Below are positions 20,199 to 30,046 of a stretch of 32,380 nucleotides of DNA, piece after piece. The notes under the pieces were generated by a model. The model worked only from the letters and a program-made list of their open reading frames with translations. It was not told where the DNA came from and did no database searches. The first letter of the stretch is position 1; every line of letters begins with the position of its first letter. This DNA comes from Trichomonas gallinae (lineage: Eukaryota). The DNA is taken from positions 1 to 32,380 of the forward strand of contig MRSU01000298.1 of NCBI GenBank assembly GCA_008369845.1, read 5' to 3'. Made by a program: the position numbers and the translations under genes.

Positions 20199-20888
20199 TT
20201 AAAAATTTTGAACTTTAAAATTCGTAATTATATCGATTTTTGCAATTAGTCCAACAGGTGGGGTATGCTGCGACATCCTTAATATTTATTTCGAATTGAA
20301 AATAAAGATTTCAATATACATCATGAAACGCTGAGAATCAAATAGATACATCACATGATGATAATTCAACAAAATATCTTATAAAATCAAATTAGATATA
20401 AAATTCTGATAATGATGTCCGAATTGAATTAAACATTAGAATTAATAAGTTTATCATCGAGTAAATCATAATCCATCAAAATCAACAAAACATCACGAAA
20501 ATTAATTTTATTTTTTGTATCATAATAAATGCAATGATACTATCTAAAAATCACATTCTCATTAACAAATTCTGGATTTTTAAATTCGATTCAAAAAAAA
20601 CCTTTTGAAAAATGTGATAAAAAACAAAATATTAGAAATATAGATGATAAAGAATATAATAAAATCAAAACATAATCCATCATAATATACTACAAATCAT
20701 TTTATTGTCTATATCATTATCATTTCAATCATAAATTCTAAAATCATATTTTTATAACCAAATTCATAATTTTTTTATTCAAAAAAATAATTCCTTGCTC
20801 AAAACCTCATAAAAAGCAAAATATACATATTATGCATGATATAGAATGTAATAAAAGCAAAAAATTCGCAAAGTGGTCAACACTTTTT

Positions 20889-20896
20889 AACCGTTT
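20889..20896 (+). promoter_or_regulatory. M3-like core promoter element AACCGTTT
   Basis: Fits the T. vaginalis motif-3 consensus DRCSGYTD, ending 11 nt before ATG 20908. Confidence 0.45.
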
Positions 20897-20907
20897 TGTA
20901 GTCTGAA

Positions 20908-22130
20908 ATGAGTGCCAACGCCCATCTTGAAAGGGGTCAGGCTCTCATTGATCCATCGACTCCGGCGGAAAATGGTGGTCTTGACAACGAAAATTTTGAG
21001 CTTATTCTATACGAGAATTCTCAAATTAAAGACCCCGCCGAACAGATATACACGGTAATCGGGAAACTCGGCGAAGGGAGATGGGGACAAGTCTACGAGG
21101 TATCCACACCCAATCCTTCCGGCGGAGATCCTTTAATATATGCGATGAAAATCTCAAAATCAACTGAGGACTCGTTGGGTCAATTCCACTATGAAACGCA
21201 GGCTCTTGCATACGTATGTATTCATTTTGCTCGTTCTCGGTGGGATATTTATTGTCTTTCACCGAGATATGAGTTTTTTTAAACAAAACTAACACACAGA
21301 TTAAAGCCAACTCAACAGAAGAAGATTTACAATATGTGTCAGATGTTCACGCATATTTTCAGTACAAAGGACATATTTGTATCGTGCTAGACAAATGTGG
21401 GCCATCAACTTTATCATTCTTGCAATCGCTTCAATTCAGCGGGCTTCCTTTGTCACTTGTTCAGCAGGTGCTAAGGGATGTACTCACGGCATTGAAAAAC
21501 CTCTCAAATCTTTCGATAATACATTGTGACGTAAAACCAGAGAATATTTGCGCTCTCGATGATACGTCCGCGCATGTCAAATTGATAGATTTCGGAAGCT
21601 GTGCCGTAGAAAATACAATACAGAACACATATACCCAATCAAGATATTATCGCGCCCCTGAAGTAGCATTGCATCTAGATTACGACACCAAGGCAGATAT
21701 TTGGTCAACTGGATGCGTAGCCGCTGAGCTTATGCTCGGTCTTCCACTTTTCCCGGCTGAATCAGAAAGACACCTTATCTGCTTAATAGCACAAATGCTT
21801 GGACCTTATCCACAGAATATGAGGGAGGAGACAGAACGCCATGATGAGCTGTTCATGCCAGATGAGACTTTGAAATCTCCTGAAATTTTATGTGCGGAGA
21901 ATAACGAAGATTTCATCAATTTTCAATCTTATTTCGTCCAAGAACACCTTGACGATATTATCATGAACTATATTTATCAAGATAATCTTACTGATGAAGA
22001 AATCGAACACGAAAAGGAAAATCGTCGTGTTTTTATCGATCTCTTAGAAAAGATGCTACAAATAGACCCAGCTCTTCGAATTTCGGCTGAAGTTGCACTC
22101 GAGCATCCATTTTTATCTTTGCCTCTCTAA
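20908..22130 (+). CDS. CMGC kinase, DYRK/HIPK/YAK1-like; spliced join(20908..21213,21300..22130), 378 aa
   Basis: Exon 1 has GEGRWGQV and YAMK; exon 2 has HCDVKPEN, DFGS, TYTQSRYYRAPE; intron removal gives in-frame QALAY/IKANSTEEDLQYVSDV. Confidence 0.92.
21214..21299 (+). other. Spliceosomal intron, 86 nt, phase 0
   Basis: 5' GTATGT and 3' fused branch point/acceptor ACTAACACACAG (21288-21299), the canonical trichomonad intron motif; restores the kinase frame. Confidence 0.95.
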
Positions 22131-22715
22131 TCTATAGAATATTATGTATATATTAGAATATTAATAACGTAGTTGAGATAGAATTGGCCCGTTTGATTCG
22201 ATAACAAATAATTGTTTTATTTCAACTAATTAGACAAACACGGATGATTCCTTTTCTCTTCATAGATAAAGTTTACCCTCTCGCACTATATTTTCAATCA
22301 ACAAATTCTCGTGATTTTCTTTTTTTCTTCAAAATTTAAAAAAATCAATAAAAATCTTTCTACATACAACATACTTACTGCTTTTTAAGACTGAATCTAA
22401 CAAATCACAACTATTTTGTGATGAAATATTTTCACATTAAAAGCATATCTGAAAAGCTATAATTTATGATTATGTAATGAAATAGTATGAGAAATGAAAT
22501 AGAAATGCAAATAATGATGCAATAAAAACAATAAAACTTTAAATCATTTAAACATTTTTCATTGCATAGCAGAAATCAGTCTCTAATAATGCAAAAGATA
22601 TACTCACTACATATGCTGTGATAATAAAAAAAGAAATTATCTATTAAATTGTTGAAATTCTCATTTCCCATGAAATATATAAACTAGATTGCTGAATGAT
22701 CAAGAATTAGACTTT

Positions 22716-23540
22716 TTAAGATGAGTTTAAAATTATAGGCAAAAATATGCATTCATAGACACATGACATAATGAAGTATTTGACTTGATCTGTTTGATAT
22801 TTTTCATCAAAATCAATTTTGCATACCTCTGTAGAGAGGTGAGCAAATATGATGTCAACTTTATCTGTTGCAATGCTTTCTGTGTAAACGTTTCCTCTCG
22901 AAAAGTATCTGCCATAGTTATAGTCATTGTCACTAACGATGCAGTGAATAACATCAATCCGAGAACTGCCACCATCATTACTTAACAGAAATTTTCCTTT
23001 ATTCTCTTTGATGACACATTCTTCAACTGTTAACTGATTAAAGCCACCCGTAATGCACTCATTTGCTGTGTTTCCAATTACATTTGAAAAAGAAAGTTTG
23101 GATGGAACGTTATACAAAGTAATACAATAGCAATCGGAGGCATTGCAGTTTTTAAATGAACAAAATTTGACAACAGAACTTCGCCCATAATCAAAATATA
23201 TTGCCGGGTGGAATCTGCATAAACTCTTGGAAATATTGACATTGGATGATAAAAACTCACCATATCGGTGTAAAAGACATTCACTGCAGGTTCCTATTTT
23301 GCCGCATGAGCAGATGCTTGTCATGCTGACATAGTTCGTAGAATTTTGTGTTTTATTAACTACAACATATGAGTGGTAGCCTTGTCCACTTGTTAAGTAG
23401 CAAGAAGTAGAGCAGACGCCATTCTGAACGCATTGTCCTTGGCTGTTGAAATATAAACAATTTCCATTTTTTGCTTTTGTATCATTTAAGAAAAAAGTTG
23501 ATTCAACGAGTAAAAGAGAGGTCGATAATGATGTTTCCAT
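22716..23540 (-). CDS. Cys/Ser/Asn-rich hypothetical protein, probable beta-helix; 5' end uncertain (frame open to 23687)
   Basis: Repeating CSFKNCNA/CVIKENK/CIVSDN patterns and hydrophobic C-terminus; 49 further sense codons upstream of the ATG. Confidence 0.65.
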   Translation of the reverse strand: METSLSTSLLLVESTFFLNDTKAKNGNCLYFNSQGQCVQNGVCSTSCYLTSGQGYHSYVVVNKTQNSTNYVSMTSICSCGKIGTCSECLLHRYGEFLSSNVNISKSLCRFHPAIYFDYGRSSVVKFCSFKNCNASDCYCITLYNVPSKLSFSNVIGNTANECITGGFNQLTVEECVIKENKGKFLLSNDGGSSRIDVIHCIVSDNDYNYGRYFSRGNVYTESIATDKVDIIFAHLSTEVCKIDFDEKYQTDQVKYFIMSCVYECIFLPIILNSS

Positions 23541-23862
23541 TATGATACACCCTGATTTCTCATCAATAAAGGAAGCATCGACGACATAGTACTGACCATC
23601 GCCTGCTTCCTTAGGATTAACTAGCGCATTGCCTTTGCCTTTAAAGAATTGTGACCATTCGCAGCATAAATGTATTCGATATATTCTTCATCTCCGTTAT
23701 TCACATTTTCATTATTTAATAAGGTTACTTTACGGGTGTGACATGATTTGTAAAGTTTGGGCAAATTGTCACCTTTCAAAATAATAAGGTTAAATCTATT
23801 CACGATTTCTTACGTCAAGATATAATATCAGCACAAATGGTGCAAATTTTGTCCATGCTTCG

Positions 23863-24663
23863 ATGTTTTCTGATATTTCCACCACAAACCCTGGCTCCGC
23901 AATATATTATTCAAGGGATATTCCATTAACAGTATCTTTTTGCATGTTTCAATCATGTAATACGAGTTTAGATGGTACTGTTTATATGAAATCAGGAATA
24001 CTTCGCTGCTCTTCTTTCATAGAAAATTCTGCAAATCGAAAATCAACAGTTTCAGCTGAATTACCTATTTCAGTTACATTATGTTCTTCATATAAACCTA
24101 AGCAAGAGCGTTGTGTATACTTTGCAAGTGGAGAATTAACAAATACAAATTTTACAAAAGCAATTTGCATGAAATTCGGCAATATTTTGACTACATATTC
24201 ATCTATTGATACTAAATATAACAATCATTACCATGACCAGCCAATAACTTTTAAAGCAGCAATAGAATCTTATGGAAAGTTAGTGACTTTGAGTTACACC
24301 AATGTTATCAATGCTTCAATGCAGACAGAAGATGGATTTTTTACTATAGGAAGACAAACAAAAGTTATTGTTAACAATTCATTTTTTGAAATTCATAATT
24401 TAACGACTATTGTTGACTTTTTCTACCCAACACCCGAAGATTTTATAACTATATTCTCATCTGTATTCATTTGCCCAATAAACATAAGTCATTCCAACAT
24501 TTCTCTAATTAATGTCGAAACACAGTCTGATATTGGAGAATTCACGTATGTAAATGTTGCAATTTATAAAGAAACCAAATTTGACTCATATATTAAAACA
24601 TGCAATATACATGTTGCATATTTCAAATATATTACATATTTGTATGTCTTTATATACATGTAA
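23863..24663 (+). CDS. Hypothetical protein, probable beta-helix (Pmp-like motifs); 5' end uncertain (frame open from 23794)
   Basis: GSAIYY, CMFQSCN, DGTVY, FIENSA resemble GGAI/FxxN repeats; hydrophobic C-terminus; stop in TAAA context. Confidence 0.65.
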   Translation: MFSDISTTNPGSAIYYSRDIPLTVSFCMFQSCNTSLDGTVYMKSGILRCSSFIENSANRKSTVSAELPISVTLCSSYKPKQERCVYFASGELTNTNFTKAICMKFGNILTTYSSIDTKYNNHYHDQPITFKAAIESYGKLVTLSYTNVINASMQTEDGFFTIGRQTKVIVNNSFFEIHNLTTIVDFFYPTPEDFITIFSSVFICPINISHSNISLINVETQSDIGEFTYVNVAIYKETKFDSYIKTCNIHVAYFKYITYLYVFIYM

Positions 24664-25092
24664 AATTTATCACTTGCCATTAAATTAAGTTTATAGCCAG
24701 TTTTTGAGTATACTTTAGATATTTATCATCTATTGATTTATCGAAATTTAATTAATACGAAAAATAACACTGAGCTTTATAAAATCGAACTTTTCTACTA
24801 TATTGATGCTAATATGAGAGTGTCATGAAAATTCATGTTAATATAAGATAAAGTTTATATTTCTTAAGAAGATTTGCAATATAACTTTATGCATCAATAT
24901 AAATATTTGTTATCTACATGTTTAGCTAATAATGAATTGTATAACTGATGAAACCATCCATTAATTAATTTTTGATTTTATAAAAGAAAGATTATTTGTT
25001 TTACATTTGATTTTTATATACAACTAAGAGTGAATACAATGGGTGCTAAAAGCTAAAAAATTAATTTTGATATACAAATAAAATCTGACAGT

Positions 25093-26130
25093 TTAGAATT
25101 TATAGTATTTCATAAGTAGGTTGAGACCATAGGCAACACCAAGAGCAAGGAGGATAAGAATGAAAGCAATTAATGCCTTCTTTTCTGTTGACATTTCGAC
25201 AATGTAGAGAGGAGCGATGTTCTTGTTAAGTTTTCTTGCTCTCTGTTGTAATTCGTTGGCCTTTGGGAGATTTCTCTTAACACCAGCTCCATTGAAATAA
25301 ATCAAAGCCATATGGTGCAAAGCGTCAGCTGAATCTTCAACAAGCTCCAGCTCCTTAATGGCTTCTTGCGCGTTCTTGCGAATTCCTCTGTAATCAGAAA
25401 TTGGAGAAAATGCTAAACCTAAAATAAGATGAGCCATATTGTAGCCCTTTTCGATGGCTTCATTTAAGTACTTAAGGGCAGCAGCTGGTCTGTCTTTCTT
25501 TCTGAGATAAAAATCGGCCAAATTAACCATGGCCATTGGTGACTTGTAGTCATGTGCAGCAGTTGTTAACAGTCTTTCAGCTTCGAAATCTGCCATGTAT
25601 CCCATATCAGTGCGCTGAATAAAGCTTGCAAGATGGCACATAGCTGGAACGAAGTTGTGTTGAGCTGATTTGAGCATGTAGCCGTATGATTTGATAACTT
25701 CCTCTTGAATCTGGCTTGGAATTATGCCAAGAAGAAGAAGGCTTTGTGGATCCATTTCTTCTGTGCCTGGATAATAATCTTCGATGATTACTTCCCAGAT
25801 GCCGCGGGTTCTCTTCTGGAGAATAACAACGAAATGCTTGTCAATGACTTGAGTGTAAAGACGTTCAACAGTATCAAGTAACTTTCCTTTAATGAATGGT
25901 AACTTGCCTGGAATTTCGACGCAGATGGCATTATGCTGTGGATTTAAGGTAGCTGTGATTGCTTTTGGATCAACTTCATCAGGAATTTTGAATTCCATCA
26001 AAAGTCTATCTTCTTCATCGTCTATCTTATACTCATACATCTCGTGCAGCTCTGGTTCAATCACTTGGATGGTTTCTTCTTCCTCTGGGATCTCGTTTTC
26101 TCCTTCTGGTTTTAATTCAGGAAATTCCAT
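25093..26130 (-). CDS. Hsp20/CS-like + Sel1/TPR-like tail-anchored membrane protein (Tom36/Tom46-like architecture)
   Basis: N-terminal beta domain (PFIKGKLLDTV...VILQKRTRGIW); Sel1 repeats (ALHHMALIYFNGAGVKRNLPKA); C-terminal TM ALIAFILILLALGVAYGL followed by basic KYYKF. Confidence 0.8.
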   Translation of the reverse strand: MEFPELKPEGENEIPEEEETIQVIEPELHEMYEYKIDDEEDRLLMEFKIPDEVDPKAITATLNPQHNAICVEIPGKLPFIKGKLLDTVERLYTQVIDKHFVVILQKRTRGIWEVIIEDYYPGTEEMDPQSLLLLGIIPSQIQEEVIKSYGYMLKSAQHNFVPAMCHLASFIQRTDMGYMADFEAERLLTTAAHDYKSPMAMVNLADFYLRKKDRPAAALKYLNEAIEKGYNMAHLILGLAFSPISDYRGIRKNAQEAIKELELVEDSADALHHMALIYFNGAGVKRNLPKANELQQRARKLNKNIAPLYIVEMSTEKKALIAFILILLALGVAYGLNLLMKYYKF

Positions 26131-26611
26131 TATAGTAAATAACAGATTACACTTTACATGTCAAAAATGCAATAATTCTGTCATGTAACATAACAAAATG
26201 ATGAATTTTGTCATGTAAATTGTCAAATTAAATTCATTACATTATATGTCAAAATAGCTATATTCTGTCATGTAAATCATCATATTTGACGGTTAAGTAT
26301 CAAAATATGGATTACATGTCATAATGTAATATTTTGTCAAGTAATTTGTCAAAAAAAAAACTTTTTGATGCGCTTTCCTATGATAATAATAGCATCAAAG
26401 GAAAAATGATTGCTTTGAAATAATTATTCAAATATGATTTTTGATTAGATGCCAAAGAATATTCCAAATTGAACTAGGTATGTTATGTGACATAGATGTA
26501 ATAGTTAGAAAAATGCTTGAAAAAAATCATTGTCAATTTGCCAGGTAAATTTTTAATAATTTCGGAGAACCTAAATTATTGTAAACTAAAAAGTGCCATG
26601 CAATCAAATTT

Positions 26612-27202
26612 ATGACAGAACAAGGTATTCCTCCCGCTAAAGTAATTATGATGGGCGAAAGCTCTGTGGGGAAGAGCAGTATCATATACAGATTCTCAAA
26701 AGATGAATTTGATGAGCTAGGAACGCCAACAATTGGTGCATGTTATATCACAAAAGTTGTTGAAGTAGATGGAAAGAAAATCGCCCTCCATGTATGGGAT
26801 ACGGCTGGCCAGGAACGCTTTAGAAGTATTATTCCAATGTATTTACGCGGAAGTTTAGCAGTGTTATATGTCTGTGCAGCGGATAACCCAGAAAGTGTCC
26901 AAAGATTGGAAGAATGGAGGAAAGTAGTCATGAACACGCAGCCTGAGACAAAAGTGTCGGTGATTGTTTATAACAAATCTGATATATCTAACCAAGCCCT
27001 TTATCAACAGACTATTGAATTTGCACAGAGATATGACTACGAATTTATGGCAACATCTGCAAAAACAAATGCGAATATTCATGAATTATTCGAATTGGTT
27101 GCTAAAAGGATCATAGAACGCACGGATATTACAAAATTAGAGGTTGTACAACAAACGCTTAAACCTTCGCAGCCAAAGAAGCAAGAATCGTCGTGTTGTT
27201 AA
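26612..27202 (+). CDS. Rab-family small GTPase
   Basis: GESSVGKS, PTIGA, WDTAGQERF, NKSD, TSAK, C-terminal CC prenylation motif. Confidence 0.95.
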   Translation: MTEQGIPPAKVIMMGESSVGKSSIIYRFSKDEFDELGTPTIGACYITKVVEVDGKKIALHVWDTAGQERFRSIIPMYLRGSLAVLYVCAADNPESVQRLEEWRKVVMNTQPETKVSVIVYNKSDISNQALYQQTIEFAQRYDYEFMATSAKTNANIHELFELVAKRIIERTDITKLEVVQQTLKPSQPKKQESSCC

Positions 27203-27358
27203 TTTTGATATCTGTTTTTTATTTGTAAAGTATTGTATTTGTTTAACCATGGTCTACTTAATAGCATAAATCATATTATTTCTGTTTTTTTCAACATATT
27301 TGAAATTAAGGAAATTATAAACAATTTTACTGGTAAATTAAACAAAATAACATGCATT

Positions 27359-28258
27359 TCATTGGGTAAGCCGCTTCTTTTTAGTTGTTGAAAAGAAATC
27401 CAACGCATTTTCTAAAAAAATCGCTCTTTCTTTTTCTTTTGTAAGTAAATGCCCACAGTTATATACTCTTCCATCAAACATCTTCGAATTCACCCGCATA
27501 TACTTCATTATGTCAATTAATTCATCTGGCTCGTAAACAGTGTCGCCGCTGCCAACGCACATCATTATATGAACACTTGACGGTAGTTTGTCAATTTTGT
27601 TTCTCACGCTTGTAATTGTTTTCATTGCTGAAAGATATAATTGCGGTGTCATGTATGGAAAGTAAAGTGGACATTTTTCTGATGATTCTATGAATTCTGG
27701 GCATGTGTCTTCTGTATAAGGAGTAAATCCTGTGTCTAAAATAATTAATGGAAAAATTAAATTTAATAATTGGTAAAAGCATGTTTTTGTAAGCCCTACT
27801 TTGTTTTGGACCCATGATGCTAGCCATGGTGACTCAAGAAGGGCTCCAGTAACGATTTCGTAATTTAATGCTTTTTCAATTAGGAATTTTAGAATGGATA
27901 AGGCTCCTCCACCTTGTCCATATAGATATATGTTTGTATTTGGATGCTGTGATGAAGCATAACTGAGTACAGCACTGATTTCTTTTATAATATCGTGAAT
28001 TCTACAACCAAGTCTCGAACCTGGTGATCTTCCATGGCCAAGATGATCGCATGCGTAAACTGCACCTTTATTCGCTGTTATTACATCGAAAATATCATGA
28101 TTTTGTGTTACAAAAGATCCAAAATCGTGAACAAAAACAACAACAAATGTTGGAGAACCTTCAATTGGCTGCCAGGAACATCCTGATAGTGTATTCCTGT
28201 CAACATTCACTGTAAAATCCTCTCCATCATAAGAAAAGTTAAGATTTATTTCGTCCAT
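27359..28258 (-). CDS. Alpha/beta hydrolase (monoglyceride lipase/lysophospholipase-like), probably catalytically inactive
   Basis: DHLGHGRSPG, ESP, GDTV and CGHLL present, but nucleophile elbow reads GQGGG instead of GxSxG. Confidence 0.82.
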   Translation of the reverse strand: MDEINLNFSYDGEDFTVNVDRNTLSGCSWQPIEGSPTFVVVFVHDFGSFVTQNHDIFDVITANKGAVYACDHLGHGRSPGSRLGCRIHDIIKEISAVLSYASSQHPNTNIYLYGQGGGALSILKFLIEKALNYEIVTGALLESPWLASWVQNKVGLTKTCFYQLLNLIFPLIILDTGFTPYTEDTCPEFIESSEKCPLYFPYMTPQLYLSAMKTITSVRNKIDKLPSSVHIMMCVGSGDTVYEPDELIDIMKYMRVNSKMFDGRVYNCGHLLTKEKERAIFLENALDFFSTTKKKRLTQ

Positions 28259-28650
28259 GAAAAATTTTAAAAATAATTTTTTAAAAAATAAAACAATTTA
28301 TTACAATATTTTCAAGGTTTTTGTCGAAAAATACTATTATGACAAAAATCAAAATAATAATTTAGATATCATTATTGCCAAATATTCTATTTTCATCGAC
28401 ATTTTTCAAAAATAATTTAATTTTTAAAATTTTTATTTTTAATTTGTTTTTTTGCGAATCATTCTGGTTTAGCAATGATTTCAAAGCCATGATAATTAAA
28501 TTGTTCAAGTAGAAATTAGAATTTCTTGATTTCGATATGAATTCAATTTGAATTTAAGATATTTCAAGTAATAAAAGATGGTCATTTATTTTTAAACGGT
28601 ATATTCCAGTATCGGATAGTTTGTTTTTGAAGAAAGTCGCCAAATCAAAT

Positions 28651-30006
28651 TTATTCATTCTTCTCTTCTTCTTCAGCGTTTTCCTCTTTTGGCTCTTCAT
28701 CATCCTCCTCCTTCTGTTCTTCGCCAGCGCCGAAGTCGATGACCTCATCCTGCGCTACAACGGCCTCAGCCTCGCCTTCAGCAGCACCGAAGTCGAAGGC
28801 AGATGGTGCCTCTGGAATTCCTGTATACTCTACGTCCTTGATCTTGGCATAGAACTTGCTAGCAGCACCCTTGAGTGATGCCTGTGGAGCTGTCAACAAT
28901 TTAGCGACTTTATCCTTAACATTAGAAACAGCGCCATAAGTAAACTTCTCACCAGCAATGTCGAGACCAGCGATAGCACGAACTCTGACCTTCCAGTCCT
29001 GGTTATCAAGGCCAGCGACGAGCTCATCGATATGTTCTGCTTCGATTGCATTTCTGAAGGCTGTAAGCTCGCCGTTTGTTGGGAGAGCGCGGTTGCCTGT
29101 AACTTTGAGAAGCTTGGCGGCAGCGGAATTTGATGTTGTTGTCTGTTTGGCCTGTGGGGCATCGAGGACCTTCTTGTTTGCCCATGTTGGGTCCTGCTGA
29201 AGATTCTGGAACTGTCCACGGGCTGGTGGTGGTGGTGCGTATGTTGGCATAACCTGCTGTTGCTGCATTGGCTGTGGCTGATTGTAGTCGGTTGGCTGGT
29301 ACTGGCCTGGCATGGGGTTGGCCGGTGGTGGGCGGTACTGTGGAGCAACAGAAACCATACCTTGCTGGTAGCCTCCTGTGTTGGAAACTGATCCGTATGT
29401 TGAGCCGTATGTCTGCTGTGGCTTGTCTTCGATCTTGAATGTCTTCTTGAAGAAACCAAGGATTTCCTGGCCAACATCCTTCTGTGGGCCGAGGTTTCTT
29501 GGCTCGAGAGATGCAGATTGATTGTAGACGTAGTTTGATGAGTAGGATTCCATGTAGGAAATATTAGCACTTCTATTGATGCCAGCCGATCCACCCTGTG
29601 GTGGGAGCTGGACGGCTGCTGTGATTGTTGGCTGAGCCGGAGCAGCGAAAACGAGGTCGAGAAGGGATTGGGCGACGTCGTTCATTTCCTGGTATGGCTC
29701 CCATTGGCGTGTTGGGTGTGGGAGTCCGCGCCAGTTCATGCATTGCGAAATTTGTGCAGAATAAAGTCTGAGTTCGTTTTGAACAGATGGCGGGCCGTTT
29801 TGTGTGAGGTGAAGAAGATAGCGAAGTGCTTTCAGACGGATCATAACGCTTGGTTTTTGTAACTTATCCATTGTTTTCGTGACAATGCGGTTAACATTAT
29901 TTGCATCCTTACGGCAGAGTTGCACTGACTCTGCAAGGACAGCGCCTGGTGCAGGCAAATCGTTCTCTTGTGTTGCTTGGTCAACAAGACGTCCGCAGGT
30001 GAACAT
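28651..30006 (-). CDS. TEPSIN: Tepsin-like AP-4 accessory protein (ENTH + VHS-like domains)
   Basis: ATQENDLPAPG...RLKALRYLLHL...WRGLPHPTRQWEPYQEM resembles tepsin ENTH; second helical domain ALPTNGELTAF...WKVRVRAI; SAFDF motif in tail. Confidence 0.8.
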   Translation of the reverse strand: MFTCGRLVDQATQENDLPAPGAVLAESVQLCRKDANNVNRIVTKTMDKLQKPSVMIRLKALRYLLHLTQNGPPSVQNELRLYSAQISQCMNWRGLPHPTRQWEPYQEMNDVAQSLLDLVFAAPAQPTITAAVQLPPQGGSAGINRSANISYMESYSSNYVYNQSASLEPRNLGPQKDVGQEILGFFKKTFKIEDKPQQTYGSTYGSVSNTGGYQQGMVSVAPQYRPPPANPMPGQYQPTDYNQPQPMQQQQVMPTYAPPPPARGQFQNLQQDPTWANKKVLDAPQAKQTTTSNSAAAKLLKVTGNRALPTNGELTAFRNAIEAEHIDELVAGLDNQDWKVRVRAIAGLDIAGEKFTYGAVSNVKDKVAKLLTAPQASLKGAASKFYAKIKDVEYTGIPEAPSAFDFGAAEGEAEAVVAQDEVIDFGAGEEQKEEDDEEPKEENAEEEEKNE

Positions 30007-30026
30007 TTTTTTTTCTAAAAAAAGTC

Positions 30027-30046
30027 TAACCGTAAAAGTGAAATGA
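30027..30046 (-). promoter_or_regulatory. Tandem Inr (TCATTTCACTTT) plus M3-like TACGGTTA upstream of tepsin
   Basis: Minus strand reads TCATTTCACTTTTACGGTTA, 21-40 nt before ATG 30006. Confidence 0.55.

Noticed and set aside
20908..22130. Two separate kinase ORFs or a frameshifted pseudogene
   Set aside because: A canonical intron explains the break exactly
11817..30006. Functional cluster of trafficking genes (p47-like, TVP23, Rab, tepsin)
   Set aside because: They are dispersed among unrelated genes and such families are abundant in trichomonads; likely chance
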